DNA of 38,970 nt from Anaerolineales bacterium (GCA_041556275.1 JBFFIU010000003.1:1-38970), one strand, 5' to 3'; shown: positions 28,364 through 36,093, numbered from the stretch's first letter. Program-made: numbers and translations. The notes: generated by a model from the sequence alone, not told the origin.

Positions 28364-29254
28364 TCAAGGACCTGGCGGAAAATAAAAGGATAGCGGCAGA
28401 AAGGTAAATCTTGGCAAAATCGTGTAATCGAAACCATCACTGGATAGCATAATTGTCCCTGCGAAATCAGTTCGCCAGATATTGATCTCACTTGAGGTGA
28501 GGCGTGCTAAAGTCTCGGGTGCGGGATGACCATATGCATTTACTCCGACTGAGATGACCGCTTCTTTGGGTTGGATGTTATCAAGGAAGATCTGTGAAGA
28601 GCTGTACTTGCTTCCGTGGTGAGCTACTTTAAGGATATCGGGTTGGAGTGTGGACACACGGGTAAGAAGCTGGTTTTCCACGGTCGAGTCAATATCAGCT
28701 GGTAGAAGAATCGAAATTTGGGCATAATCGAGTAATAAAACGACTGAGGCTTTATTCTGTTCGGGATCAATCAAGTCATCTAATGGATTTAGAACTTGAA
28801 TGGAGATCGCACCCCAAGAATGAATCTGAGGGTATTGGGTTGGGACCAGGATTAAACCTTCGTCCTCTACAGCATTGACAAAGTCTGCCCACAATTCGGT
28901 GGTTCCAGGATATCCGTTGTATAGGACATTCTTGATTTGAATATCATCCGATTCTAACAATGGAATAAATCCGCCGATATGATCGCGATCGGCATGTGTC
29001 GCGATGATTACTTCTAAATCATCAACGCCAACCTGGTGAAGATATGCGAGCAGGTCCTCTCCTGAGGATTTCTTACCTCCATCAACCAGTACATCGAAGC
29101 CAGCTCCGTCTCTAATAAGCGTTGCATCACCCTGACCGATATCTATGAAGGCAACCGATATGACCTGGGGATTCGATAAATCGGAATTGGGTGTAAAGCT
29201 TAACGTGAAAAGGAGCAGGATCAATAGGCTAATGAAACGCCTTGCTGAGATCAA
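28364..29254 (-). CDS. Secreted ComEC/Rec2-type MBL-fold metallo-hydrolase
   Basis: Signal peptide; FIDIGQGDATL, VDGG, THADRDHIGG, LKVAHHGS, YGHP, WRTD; no ComEC membrane domain. Confidence 0.9.
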   Translation of the reverse strand: MISARRFISLLILLLFTLSFTPNSDLSNPQVISVAFIDIGQGDATLIRDGAGFDVLVDGGKKSSGEDLLAYLHQVGVDDLEVIIATHADRDHIGGFIPLLESDDIQIKNVLYNGYPGTTELWADFVNAVEDEGLILVPTQYPQIHSWGAISIQVLNPLDDLIDPEQNKASVVLLLDYAQISILLPADIDSTVENQLLTRVSTLQPDILKVAHHGSKYSSSQIFLDNIQPKEAVISVGVNAYGHPAPETLARLTSSEINIWRTDFAGTIMLSSDGFDYTILPRFTFLPLSFYFPPGP

Positions 29255-29550
29255 TAGAGAAAACCTGATACGATATCGGCTAATTTTCCTAAATCAGCCT
29301 GGCGAAGATCCTCGAGAACTATAGCCCGGTCCGCATCTGAAGAGAAAGTATATCCTTCACTTCCATCAACACCTTCGAAAAAAATTGTGGATGCTTGATC
29401 ATATGTCATCGGCAATTTGGGGTATGCTTGATTCCATAAATCATGGAGATCCGGAAGATTGTAATAAATGCAAGCGAATCCTAACTTCGAGAGAGCTTTT
29501 TTCTTCTTTGTGTCGTTAAGCAGATGATCGAATTCCATATTATTTTCCAT
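29251..29550 (-). CDS. Hypothetical protein (~99 aa)
   Basis: Open frame whose stop overlaps the start of the MBL gene (TTGA); no recognised motif; start uncertain. Confidence 0.55.
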   Translation of the reverse strand: MENNMEFDHLLNDTKKKKALSKLGFACIYYNLPDLHDLWNQAYPKLPMTYDQASTIFFEGVDGSEGYTFSSDADRAIVLEDLRQADLGKLADIVSGFLY

Positions 29551-29765
29551 AAAATAAATTGATCCATGCACCACACACTACCAGTATGATACGTAGAAGT
29601 ATTGGTGTCAAGCTGTTTTTATCAATCAGGGATCTGATCTAGATTTGTAGTAAAAGAGTGAATTTCATAAAAGCGTACATTGTTGGAGGATCTCAGAAAT
29701 TTGGATATTATCTGCGTTAACTCCTTCTGCACTGTTAAGGATCACTGCTCGATCATCACAAATAG

Positions 29766-29798
29766 AAAAAAACCGCAGACCATCTTCTGGTTCTGCGG
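29766..29798 (-). terminator. Rho-independent terminator
   Basis: CCGCAGAACCA/TGGTCTGCGG stem followed by T7 on the minus strand. Confidence 0.8.
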
Positions 29799-29890
29799 GG
29801 ATTTTTGGGTCCCTCCTTATTTCGAAAAGGTTAGGAGGGACTTGGGGGGTGTTGGGTGGGAAGTGAGGATTTCTTATCTCCTTCTCTCAA
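29766..29890 (-). ncRNA. Candidate C-rich small RNA (RNA-D) or structured 3' UTR
   Basis: Minus-strand TTGATA-17-TATTTT promoter (29924-29896), two hairpins flanking CCCACCCAACACCCCCC, and terminator CCGCAGA..TCTGCGG-T7. Confidence 0.45.
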
Positions 29891-29950
29891 CATATAAAAT
29901 AGCCCATTTTGACGTCAATATCAATAGTGATTTTGTACTAATATAATCAC

Positions 29951-31573
29951 TCAATAAGTAAGCATAATCGGCAATTGCTTCGCGGAATCTATCCAGGATG
30001 AAACTTCATCCTGTGAAGGTAGGCGTCTAACCAGGTTCTTTTCGATATTAATTTCTACTAATGAATTGTGTAGATTTTCTGGATTGCGTTGCTTGAGTTC
30101 ATTGACCGTATCTACACCTGCCTGTTCAAGTAGATCGCTGAACTCTTCACCAACGCCGGGAACGCGCATTAGATCTGCCCGGTTTGCCCACTCCAAGATC
30201 AATTTTGGTGAGATCCCTGAATTTTCTGCCAGATCCTTCCGGCCTTTTCGGTCTGCAGCTGTGATGAGGAATTGGTCAATTTTTTCGATTCCGACTGCAG
30301 CCAGTTTTTCCGAATATGTTGGACCAATGCCCTCAATCTCGCTCATTGGTTTTGATGCCAATTTAGACATTGCTTCTTGGGCGAGTTCCTCGTCAAATGA
30401 ATCAATTTCTAGTTCAGGTTCAAGATCCTTTATAAGTACTTCTTCAGCCTCAACGATTTCCTCGTCAGGAGTTGTATATTCATCGTACATTACGACGGGG
30501 GGGACCACAGATTCAGTTTGAACTAAATCTGAAACGTCATGATATAAGGCAAGAACCCCAATCTGTTTACCCCATAGTACAACCGGAATGCCATACACTT
30601 CGACTTCTACTTGTGTGCCATCTTTTCGCTGTCGATTGGATACCTGATGGATTACATCACCTTCTAAAACCGATTCAGTAAGAGCATGCGTTTCATCTAT
30701 CAAACCTTCTGGAGTTATGAGTTGATCCAAATCATGACCGACCACTTCTTGTTGACTGTATCCGAAGATACGCTCAAATGCCGGGTTGCAGGCAACGATT
30801 CGCTGGTCGAGACTCAGGGTGACGATTGCAAATGGGCTGTTTTGCACCAGTGCTTCGTAAAACTCCTTCTGCCGCGAGAGATCTAACGAGGCCCGCTTAT
30901 GGTCAGTGATATTTCGTACCAGGTAAATCGTTGCTGCGCGCTCTTCATCAAGTTTTGTGGCACTGCTTGAAATCTCATACCAACCTTCAAGCATGGGAAA
31001 ACGCATTTCTGTCTTTTGTGCAGGGAGGCGTTGACTGCTTTCAACATCTTCCCCAAAAAATAGATTATCAATCGGTTGGCCGATAATGTTTTCGAATTTT
31101 GTCCGAAAAGCGTGACTTGTGGCGCGGTTGCAGCGCAAGATATTTCCACTGACATCGGTGATAATGATCATATCTTCGACTGCATCAAAAGTGGTCTCCC
31201 AATCGCGCTTACCGCGCCCGATGACTTCATCGAGCTCATGATGCGCCTCATCCTGCTTCGCCAAAACAGAATTCAGATGGCGAATCTCCGCATCCCTTTG
31301 GTGTATTGCTTTCCCAAGTTGGTAGCGAGTTCTAACAAGTACATTTTGTCTTCCCCCAATAATTCCCATCAAGAATGCAGCCAGGAATGGTACGCTATCT
31401 ATCAACCAGAACAAAGGCTGAAAAAAATGAAGTTGGTAAATGTTTTCGAGTGTAACATCTTCTCCAAGGCCAAATAAAGCGATCAATGTTGCTAAGGCGA
31501 CAAAGAGAAGACCAAGAACAAATCCGAGAATTCCAAACCAGAATATATAATGAGGTCTCGGTTCCTTATTCAT
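29951..31573 (-). CDS. 2TM - coiled coil - PAS - PAS - DUF4332 (HhH) protein
   Basis: WETTFDAVEDMIIITD..G.ILRCN; NPAFERIFGYSQQEVVG; RKDGT; C-terminal IEGIGPTY..KL, WANRADLMRVPGVGEEFSDLLEQAGVDTVNELKQRNPENL. Confidence 0.88.
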   Translation of the reverse strand: MNKEPRPHYIFWFGILGFVLGLLFVALATLIALFGLGEDVTLENIYQLHFFQPLFWLIDSVPFLAAFLMGIIGGRQNVLVRTRYQLGKAIHQRDAEIRHLNSVLAKQDEAHHELDEVIGRGKRDWETTFDAVEDMIIITDVSGNILRCNRATSHAFRTKFENIIGQPIDNLFFGEDVESSQRLPAQKTEMRFPMLEGWYEISSSATKLDEERAATIYLVRNITDHKRASLDLSRQKEFYEALVQNSPFAIVTLSLDQRIVACNPAFERIFGYSQQEVVGHDLDQLITPEGLIDETHALTESVLEGDVIHQVSNRQRKDGTQVEVEVYGIPVVLWGKQIGVLALYHDVSDLVQTESVVPPVVMYDEYTTPDEEIVEAEEVLIKDLEPELEIDSFDEELAQEAMSKLASKPMSEIEGIGPTYSEKLAAVGIEKIDQFLITAADRKGRKDLAENSGISPKLILEWANRADLMRVPGVGEEFSDLLEQAGVDTVNELKQRNPENLHNSLVEINIEKNLVRRLPSQDEVSSWIDSAKQLPIMLTY

Positions 31574-31848
31574 AAGTGGGATCCTCCTGCAATTTAGTTG
31601 AGAATCAGATATGATCGATCAATTGTACTGATATATATGGCGATAATTTCGCTTGGCTTTATGCAATTAGTTTAGCACAAAATTCATCCAATGGAAGGAT
31701 TTATTGTGAAATTTCTTTTCATATGAAGAAAGCTGTTTTTATCATAAGAATTATGATTATCAGTGCCCCTTGAATTCTGGACATTGAGAGAGAAAAAGAA
31801 AAACCAGGAACTAAGTATAAGAACAGATTATTCCGTTCAGGTACATGT

Positions 31849-32199
31849 TCAGCAGGTTAGATGCAGTGCAGCTGCATACTTACCTTCTCGAGATAAGCGG
31901 TTATACTCCTGACACGCCTCGGAGGTTGGTAAAACGATTAATTCTATCCCCTCAATTTTCAACGTGGCTTTCAGCTGATTCGGAACTTGCATACGACTGT
32001 ACGCCCCTTGGCCGACAATTAGTCCGTGTGGTTTTTCTGCCAACACGTCTTCTAAGTCATTAATGGATAAAAGATGTCCTTCATTTCTCCACCAATTTGC
32101 GATAACCCGATCGGGAAGAAGAATTACATCTTTTGTGTGAGATTGTCCATCGATTACAATATTTCCGAACTGATAAGAATCAATATGTGGAATTGACAT
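31849..32199 (-). CDS. Mth938-like (DUF498) protein
   Basis: IDSYQFGNIVIDG, WWRNEGH, IVGQG, EACQEYN, AALHLTC. Confidence 0.9.
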   Translation of the reverse strand: MSIPHIDSYQFGNIVIDGQSHTKDVILLPDRVIANWWRNEGHLLSINDLEDVLAEKPHGLIVGQGAYSRMQVPNQLKATLKIEGIELIVLPTSEACQEYNRLSREGKYAAALHLTC

Positions 32200-32297
32200 G
32201 GAATTATTCCAACAAGGATACGGATGATCAGATGATTGGATTATAACCAAATCTCACATAAACGGGAAAATGATTAGTACTTTATTGATCAAATTGG

Positions 32298-32326
32298 TGT
32301 AACATGATCAGGCATTAATTCGTTAT
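32298..32326 (+). promoter_or_regulatory. ECF-sigma-like promoter (TGTAAC-N17-CGTTAT)
   Basis: TGTAAC 32298-32303 and CGTTAT 32321-32326, upstream of the GHMP kinase; the motif recurs at 33774, 34041 and 37949. Confidence 0.6.
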
Positions 32327-32410
32327 GAATGGTGGGTGTGGGAAAAATGCACAAAAATTCTAATTTGTCCTCATACCAATTTTAGTTTGTATTCTTTCGG
32401 AGGTTTTTGT

Positions 32411-33409
32411 TTGATAATATCTCGTACTCCTTTGCGGATCAGTTTTGCTGGTGGGGGCAGTGATTTGGTTGCTTTCTACCAGCAAGAAACTGGAGCGGTT
32501 CTCAGCACTTCTATAAACAAATATATATATATCACTGTAAATAGGAAATTTGATGAAAAAATAAGAGCTAGCTATTCCATAACTGAGATTGTTAATGGTG
32601 TAGATGAACTTAAACATGAATTGATCCGAGAAGCTCTAAAGATTGTACTTCCACCATGTGGAATTGAGATCACATCAATTTCTGACATCCCTTCTCAGGG
32701 TACTGGATTAGGCTCATCAAGCACCTATACAGTGGGCTTGTTAAATTCGTTGTACGCACATGTCGGGCAACATGTAGGAGCAGAGCGGTTGGCTAAAGAA
32801 GCTTGTGAGATAGAGATCGAACGTTGCCAGAAACCAATTGGCAAGCAAGATCAATATATCGCTGCATACGGAGGCTTGCAGTACATCCGCTTCAATCCCG
32901 ATGAAAGTGTGTATGTGGATCCAGTTATTTGCAATCCTGAAACAAAACTACGTTTACAACAAAGTTTACTTATGCTTTATACAGGACTGACGCGGTCAGC
33001 AGATGGTATTCTTCATGAACAAAGCGTTAATACCCAGAATGATGGTGAAAAGCGTGAAAGCCTGCGGCGAATGACCCACATGGCTGAAGAATTAAGAGAT
33101 GCGCTTGTACTCAACGATTTGGATGGTTTTGGTGAGATTTTGCACCAAGGTTGGATGGAGAAGAAAAAATTAGCATCTGGGATCAGCAATCAACAAATTG
33201 ACCAATGGTACGAGACTTCCAGGCAGAACGGTGCAATCGGTGGGAAAGTCCTTGGTGCAGGGGGTGGTGGATTCTTACTTTTGTATGCTCCCCCCGACAG
33301 ATTCCCAGAGATCATGCATGCCTTGCCTGAATTGCAACCAGTGACATTTAAATTTGAACCACAGGGGAGTAAGATTATATACGTTGAAGAAAATGGAGAA
33401 TGTTATTAG
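32411..33409 (+). CDS. GHMP kinase, HddA-like (D-glycero-D-manno-heptose-7-phosphate kinase family)
   Basis: SRTPLRISFAGGGSD, GTGLGSSS, GKQDQYIAAYGG, GGKVLGAGGGGF; GGAGG SD before TTG 32411. Confidence 0.88.
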   Translation: MIISRTPLRISFAGGGSDLVAFYQQETGAVLSTSINKYIYITVNRKFDEKIRASYSITEIVNGVDELKHELIREALKIVLPPCGIEITSISDIPSQGTGLGSSSTYTVGLLNSLYAHVGQHVGAERLAKEACEIEIERCQKPIGKQDQYIAAYGGLQYIRFNPDESVYVDPVICNPETKLRLQQSLLMLYTGLTRSADGILHEQSVNTQNDGEKRESLRRMTHMAEELRDALVLNDLDGFGEILHQGWMEKKKLASGISNQQIDQWYETSRQNGAIGGKVLGAGGGGFLLLYAPPDRFPEIMHALPELQPVTFKFEPQGSKIIYVEENGECY

Positions 33410-33449
33410 CATATACAGTTACATTGATGTGGACACCGATAAATAAAAT

Positions 33450-33485
33450 GAGACCTCTAGCTCAATCGCCTGCTGGGGGTCTCTT
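33450..33485 (+). terminator. Hairpin downstream of the GHMP kinase
   Basis: GAGACCTCTAGC/GCTGGGGGTCTC 12-bp stem with two G-U pairs on the plus strand; weak U-tract. Confidence 0.5.
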
Positions 33486-33622
33486 GGGTTTATGAATGAT
33501 TTCCTGCAGTGGAAATTAATAATCAAAAAAATAATTTGAAGGATATTATCATTAGACCTATTGTGAAAGAACTTGGTTACAAATTTACCAGGTTGGCGTT
33601 TTGGTAAATCATTAAAAATGCC

Positions 33623-33651
33623 TTGCATTTTTATTAAATTAGTGCGATAAT
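33623..33651 (+). promoter_or_regulatory. Sigma-70 promoter with extended -10 (for RNA-A)
   Basis: TTGCAT, 17 nt, TGc then GATAAT; no ORF downstream. Confidence 0.6.
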
Positions 33652-33652
33652 A

Positions 33653-33715
33653 GGCCTGCCCCACTAGGCCCCCTCTGTCCTGGTTGCCCCCCCCAACCAG
33701 ACAGAGGGGTTATTT
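33653..33715 (+). ncRNA. Candidate sRNA RNA-A (C-rich loops)
   Basis: Hairpin GGCCT-GCCCCACT-AGGCC, then a 16-bp hairpin CCCCTCTGTC.TGGTTG/CAACCA.GACAGAGGGG with a poly-C loop, then TTATTT. Confidence 0.55.
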
Positions 33716-33773
33716 GGTTAATCTATTCTGGATTTCAGAGATGTAAAAGAAATCAATTTTGAACACCAAGGAG

Positions 33774-33801
33774 TGTAACAAATTTAAATCAACGGCGTTA
33801 T
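33774..33801 (+). promoter_or_regulatory. ECF-sigma-like promoter (TGTAAC-N16-CGTTAT) for RNA-B
   Basis: TGTAAC 33774-33779 and CGTTAT 33796-33801. Confidence 0.65.
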
Positions 33802-33809
33802 TATATTTA

Positions 33810-33965
33810 GCCCACGAGAGCGGGGGTTTAGCGGAAGACTTTGAAGCATCATTATTGGGTCTCGGGGGCCAGTGGGGTGTGAGGTGAAAATCAACCATCT
33901 CACTCGGGTAGGGGGGTGCATATGTCCAGGCGCTTCCAGCGTGGAGGAAGCGCCTGGACATTTTT
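33810..33965 (+). ncRNA. Candidate sRNA RNA-B (G-rich single-stranded segments)
   Basis: P1 GCCCACGAGA/TCTCGGGGGC, P2 GTGAGGTG/CATCTCAC, perfect 16-bp terminator ATGTCCAGGCGCTTCC/GGAAGCGCCTGGACAT plus T run; has its own promoter. Confidence 0.6.
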
Positions 33966-34040
33966 AAAAGACTATATTTTACAAATTATTTTAAAACATG
34001 GTCAGCTTGCATACTTGAAAGGTCATTTAGACCTATTTTG

Positions 34041-34068
34041 TGTAACAATTCGTATAAGAAATCGTTAT
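34041..34068 (+). promoter_or_regulatory. ECF-sigma-like promoter (TGTAAC-N16-CGTTAT) for RNA-C
   Basis: TGTAAC 34041-34046 and CGTTAT 34063-34068; hexamers and spacing identical to 33774. Confidence 0.65.
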
Positions 34069-34073
34069 TTCTG

Positions 34074-34243
34074 ATGGATACGGGTGATACGGTAAGAAGT
34101 AAGGACAGGTATATTGCAAGTTTTATCGGTAAAAATTTAGTATCACCCCTCCAGTAAATATATACCTGGCTCCTTCATTCCTACTTCTCCCTCCTGCACG
34201 CCGCCGCCTGGGTTTCTCTCCTTTACCAGGCGGTTGGCGTTTA
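34074..34243 (+). ncRNA. Candidate sRNA RNA-C (crossing helices, CUCC anti-SD motifs)
   Basis: GGGTGATAC/GTATCACCC and CAGGTATAT/ATATACCTG crossing helices; terminal hairpin ACGCCGCCGCCTGG/CCAGGCGGTTGGCGT. Confidence 0.6.
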
Positions 34244-34261
34244 ATCAGGATAAAGTAGAAA

Positions 34262-34292
34262 GTAAACAGGCTGGGAAAAACTCCCAGCCTGA
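34262..34292 (-). terminator. Intrinsic terminator for minus-strand genes
   Basis: CAGGCTGGGA/TCCCAGCCTG stem followed by TTTACTTT on the minus strand. Confidence 0.7.
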
Positions 34293-34316
34293 TAAGTTAT
34301 AAAGGAATTTCTCAAT

Positions 34317-34645
34317 TTAATTCAATCGGCATCCAAGGTTATTGTAGAAATCCAAATTCCTCTTAGGAGAAAGCATTGCACCGCGTGACTTCGTCAAAGC
34401 TGAATCAACGCTGACGATTATTCGTGCGCTGTTTAAGGGGTAACCCCATAGGGGAGAGCTGCATTCTTTATTGCAGCTGTGGCATGGCGAAGCAGGATGC
34501 GTGCAGCTCCTATCTTGTAAGGCCCTCCTTTGAATTTTAGAGCCTGTAAAAGTGGCTTGTTGTCTAGATAAGTGCACTGATCTGGCACATCAAATACTTC
34601 AGCAACGGTTTGGGCCATACTATAACCGGTAGCAGCTCAGGCAAA
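34317..34645 (-). pseudogene. Degraded C-terminal domain of a secreted protein (LLRxAxAA.LNA...YP...LDxxNNLGCxLN type)
   Basis: One frame reads FA*AATGYSMAQTVAEVFDVP...LLQALKFKGG...GAARILLRHATAAIKNAA; a shifted frame continues GYPLNSARIIVSVDSALTKSRGAML...LDFYNNLGCRLN*. One internal stop and one frameshift. Confidence 0.6.
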
Positions 34646-34696
34646 TGATACCCATAAATTCAATTATGCCAATGGATCAGTCACCAGATAAAAGCT

Positions 34697-35362
34697 TTAA
34701 TGAGTACCAGGGAACAAAAACTGCAAGATGTTGAAAGTACTGTAACAAAAACTATCTACTAGATCGCCATCTTTATCTCGTAGGTATGCACAGTCGCTAA
34801 AATCGTTCCAAACAGGTTCATTTCTTCCCCAGTACAGATTCTCCGTATCTATCACCCCGTCTTTGGTCCAAATTTTGACGCTAGCCCAGTCGACCAGTGT
34901 ATAGCGAGGGAATGTGTAAATATTTTGCTTCTCATCCCGCAAAGTCCACCCATCCAAGGAGATAAATTTTCCAAATTGATTGCGTATAGTAACATATTCA
35001 TCCAATGGGTTTCCTTGGGGTGCATATTCGATATCTAAGATAAAAACACCTGGTACCAGGGTTGGCGTAGGAGTAATTGTTCGTGTTGGGGTTGAAGTGG
35101 GTAGTGTTCCTGTCACAGTTGGAGTTGAAGTGGGGAGCGTTCCTGTCACTGTTGGAGTGATTGTGATAGTACCGGTTACAGTGGGTGTCAAAGTTTGAGT
35201 CGGCGTGGGGGTTTTTGTTAGATCTTGCCTGGCAACGTAGGGAAGGTAATTCAAAGATTGAAATGCAGCCTGGACAACTATCACGCTTCCAACGATTAAA
35301 ATGATTACAAACAGCCATTTCACTGTTGGAAATAAACTAGGTTGTTTAGATGGTTCATTCAT
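34697..35362 (-). CDS. Secreted lamin-tail-domain (LTD) protein with Thr/Pro linker
   Basis: Signal/TM segment, NYLPYVARQ, TPT repeats, DEYVTIRN..ISLDGWTLRDE..YTFP, LYWGR..PVWND..D.AYLRD.DG. Start probably ATG 35362. Confidence 0.85.
   Translation of the reverse strand: MNEPSKQPSLFPTVKWLFVIILIVGSVIVVQAAFQSLNYLPYVARQDLTKTPTPTQTLTPTVTGTITITPTVTGTLPTSTPTVTGTLPTSTPTRTITPTPTLVPGVFILDIEYAPQGNPLDEYVTIRNQFGKFISLDGWTLRDEKQNIYTFPRYTLVDWASVKIWTKDGVIDTENLYWGRNEPVWNDFSDCAYLRDKDGDLVDSFCYSTFNILQFLFPGTH
35085..35160 (-). repeat. 33-nt tandem repeat encoding TPTVTGTLPTS
   Basis: GTTGG(G/A)GTTGAAGTGGG...GTTCCTGTCAC units at 35085 and 35118, partial unit at 35151. Confidence 0.8.
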
Positions 35363-35517
35363 AATTGCCGACCAAGTGAATCGTTTATGTCCTTGGGATA
35401 CTCTATTATATGCAAATATTCCTGACTGCGAAGAAACCAATTATTTGATGACTAATCTAGCTCCTATAAGTCTCTACCACCTATTTAATTGAGTATTTGA
35501 TATCGTTAATAGTTAAT

Positions 35518-35551
35518 ACACTTCAGCCGCCTTTTTGGGCGGCTGAAGTGT
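35518..35551. terminator. Hairpin between the two LTD genes
   Basis: ACACTTCAGCCGCC/GGCGGCTGAAGTGT perfect 14-bp stem. Confidence 0.75.
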
Positions 35552-35580
35552 TTGAAAACAGTGCTGATCGGGATATTATC

Positions 35581-36093
35581 CTACTGAGTTGGTTCAAAGA
35601 ATAATCCATTTACCCCGTAACAAACACCATCAACAGTTTTACCTTCATCAGGATTCTTTATGTATGCACAATCTTTGTTATCCTTCCAGAACTCTGTCGG
35701 CCAGTTCATGTAAATGTTGGTGGAATTGTTGGTTCCATTTTTTGTCCACACTTTAACAGTAGCACCTTTTGCCAGGGTGAAATCAAACGTGATATCGTAT
35801 TTGTTCCCGGTATCACTGGAAATCCGCCAATCTTCCATATCGACCGACGAACTTAAATTTTTGATCCTGATAACTTCCTCGTCAATCCCTCCTTTGTAAT
35901 CCAAATCCGTGATGCACACTCCAGAGGTCTTTCCGCTGAGGCATTGTGTCTTGGGTGTTGGAGTCGGGGTGGGTAGCTGTCTGTAAACCAGGGGCAGATA
36001 ATAGTTTTGGAGTACTGTGGCCTGGGCAACAAACGCAACGCTCAATACGATCAGAATTGCCAGACCCCATTTGAGCCTTTTAGACATTTCCAT
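35581..36093 (-). CDS. Secreted lamin-tail-domain protein (paralog)
   Basis: AAAGGAG SD; signal peptide ending AQA; YYLPLVYRQ; EVIRIKN..VDMEDWRISSD, VKVWTK.G, FWKDNKDCAYIK. Confidence 0.85.
   Translation of the reverse strand: MEMSKRLKWGLAILIVLSVAFVAQATVLQNYYLPLVYRQLPTPTPTPKTQCLSGKTSGVCITDLDYKGGIDEEVIRIKNLSSSVDMEDWRISSDTGNKYDITFDFTLAKGATVKVWTKNGTNNSTNIYMNWPTEFWKDNKDCAYIKNPDEGKTVDGVCYGVNGLFFEPTQ

Noticed and set aside
29680-29946. 88-aa plus-strand ORF
   Set aside because: Runs antisense through the terminator and structured RNA; no SD; implausible composition.
28364-31573. Complete competence locus (comEA/comEC)
   Set aside because: The MBL protein lacks the ComEC channel domain, and DUF4332 is not ComEA.
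33710-33961. 83-aa minus-strand ORF
   Set aside because: Its ATG is part of the terminator palindrome with no SD; it is antisense to RNA-B.
33922-34074. 50-aa plus-strand ORF (MSRRFQRGG...) behind GGGGGGTG, considered as a type I toxin
   Set aside because: It starts inside a perfect 16-bp terminator stem, crosses the next promoter and has no TM helix. Ribosome profiling would settle it.
33810-34243. Known housekeeping RNAs or riboswitches
   Set aside because: No hallmark motifs recognised by eye and no downstream plus-strand CDS to regulate; an Rfam search is still needed.
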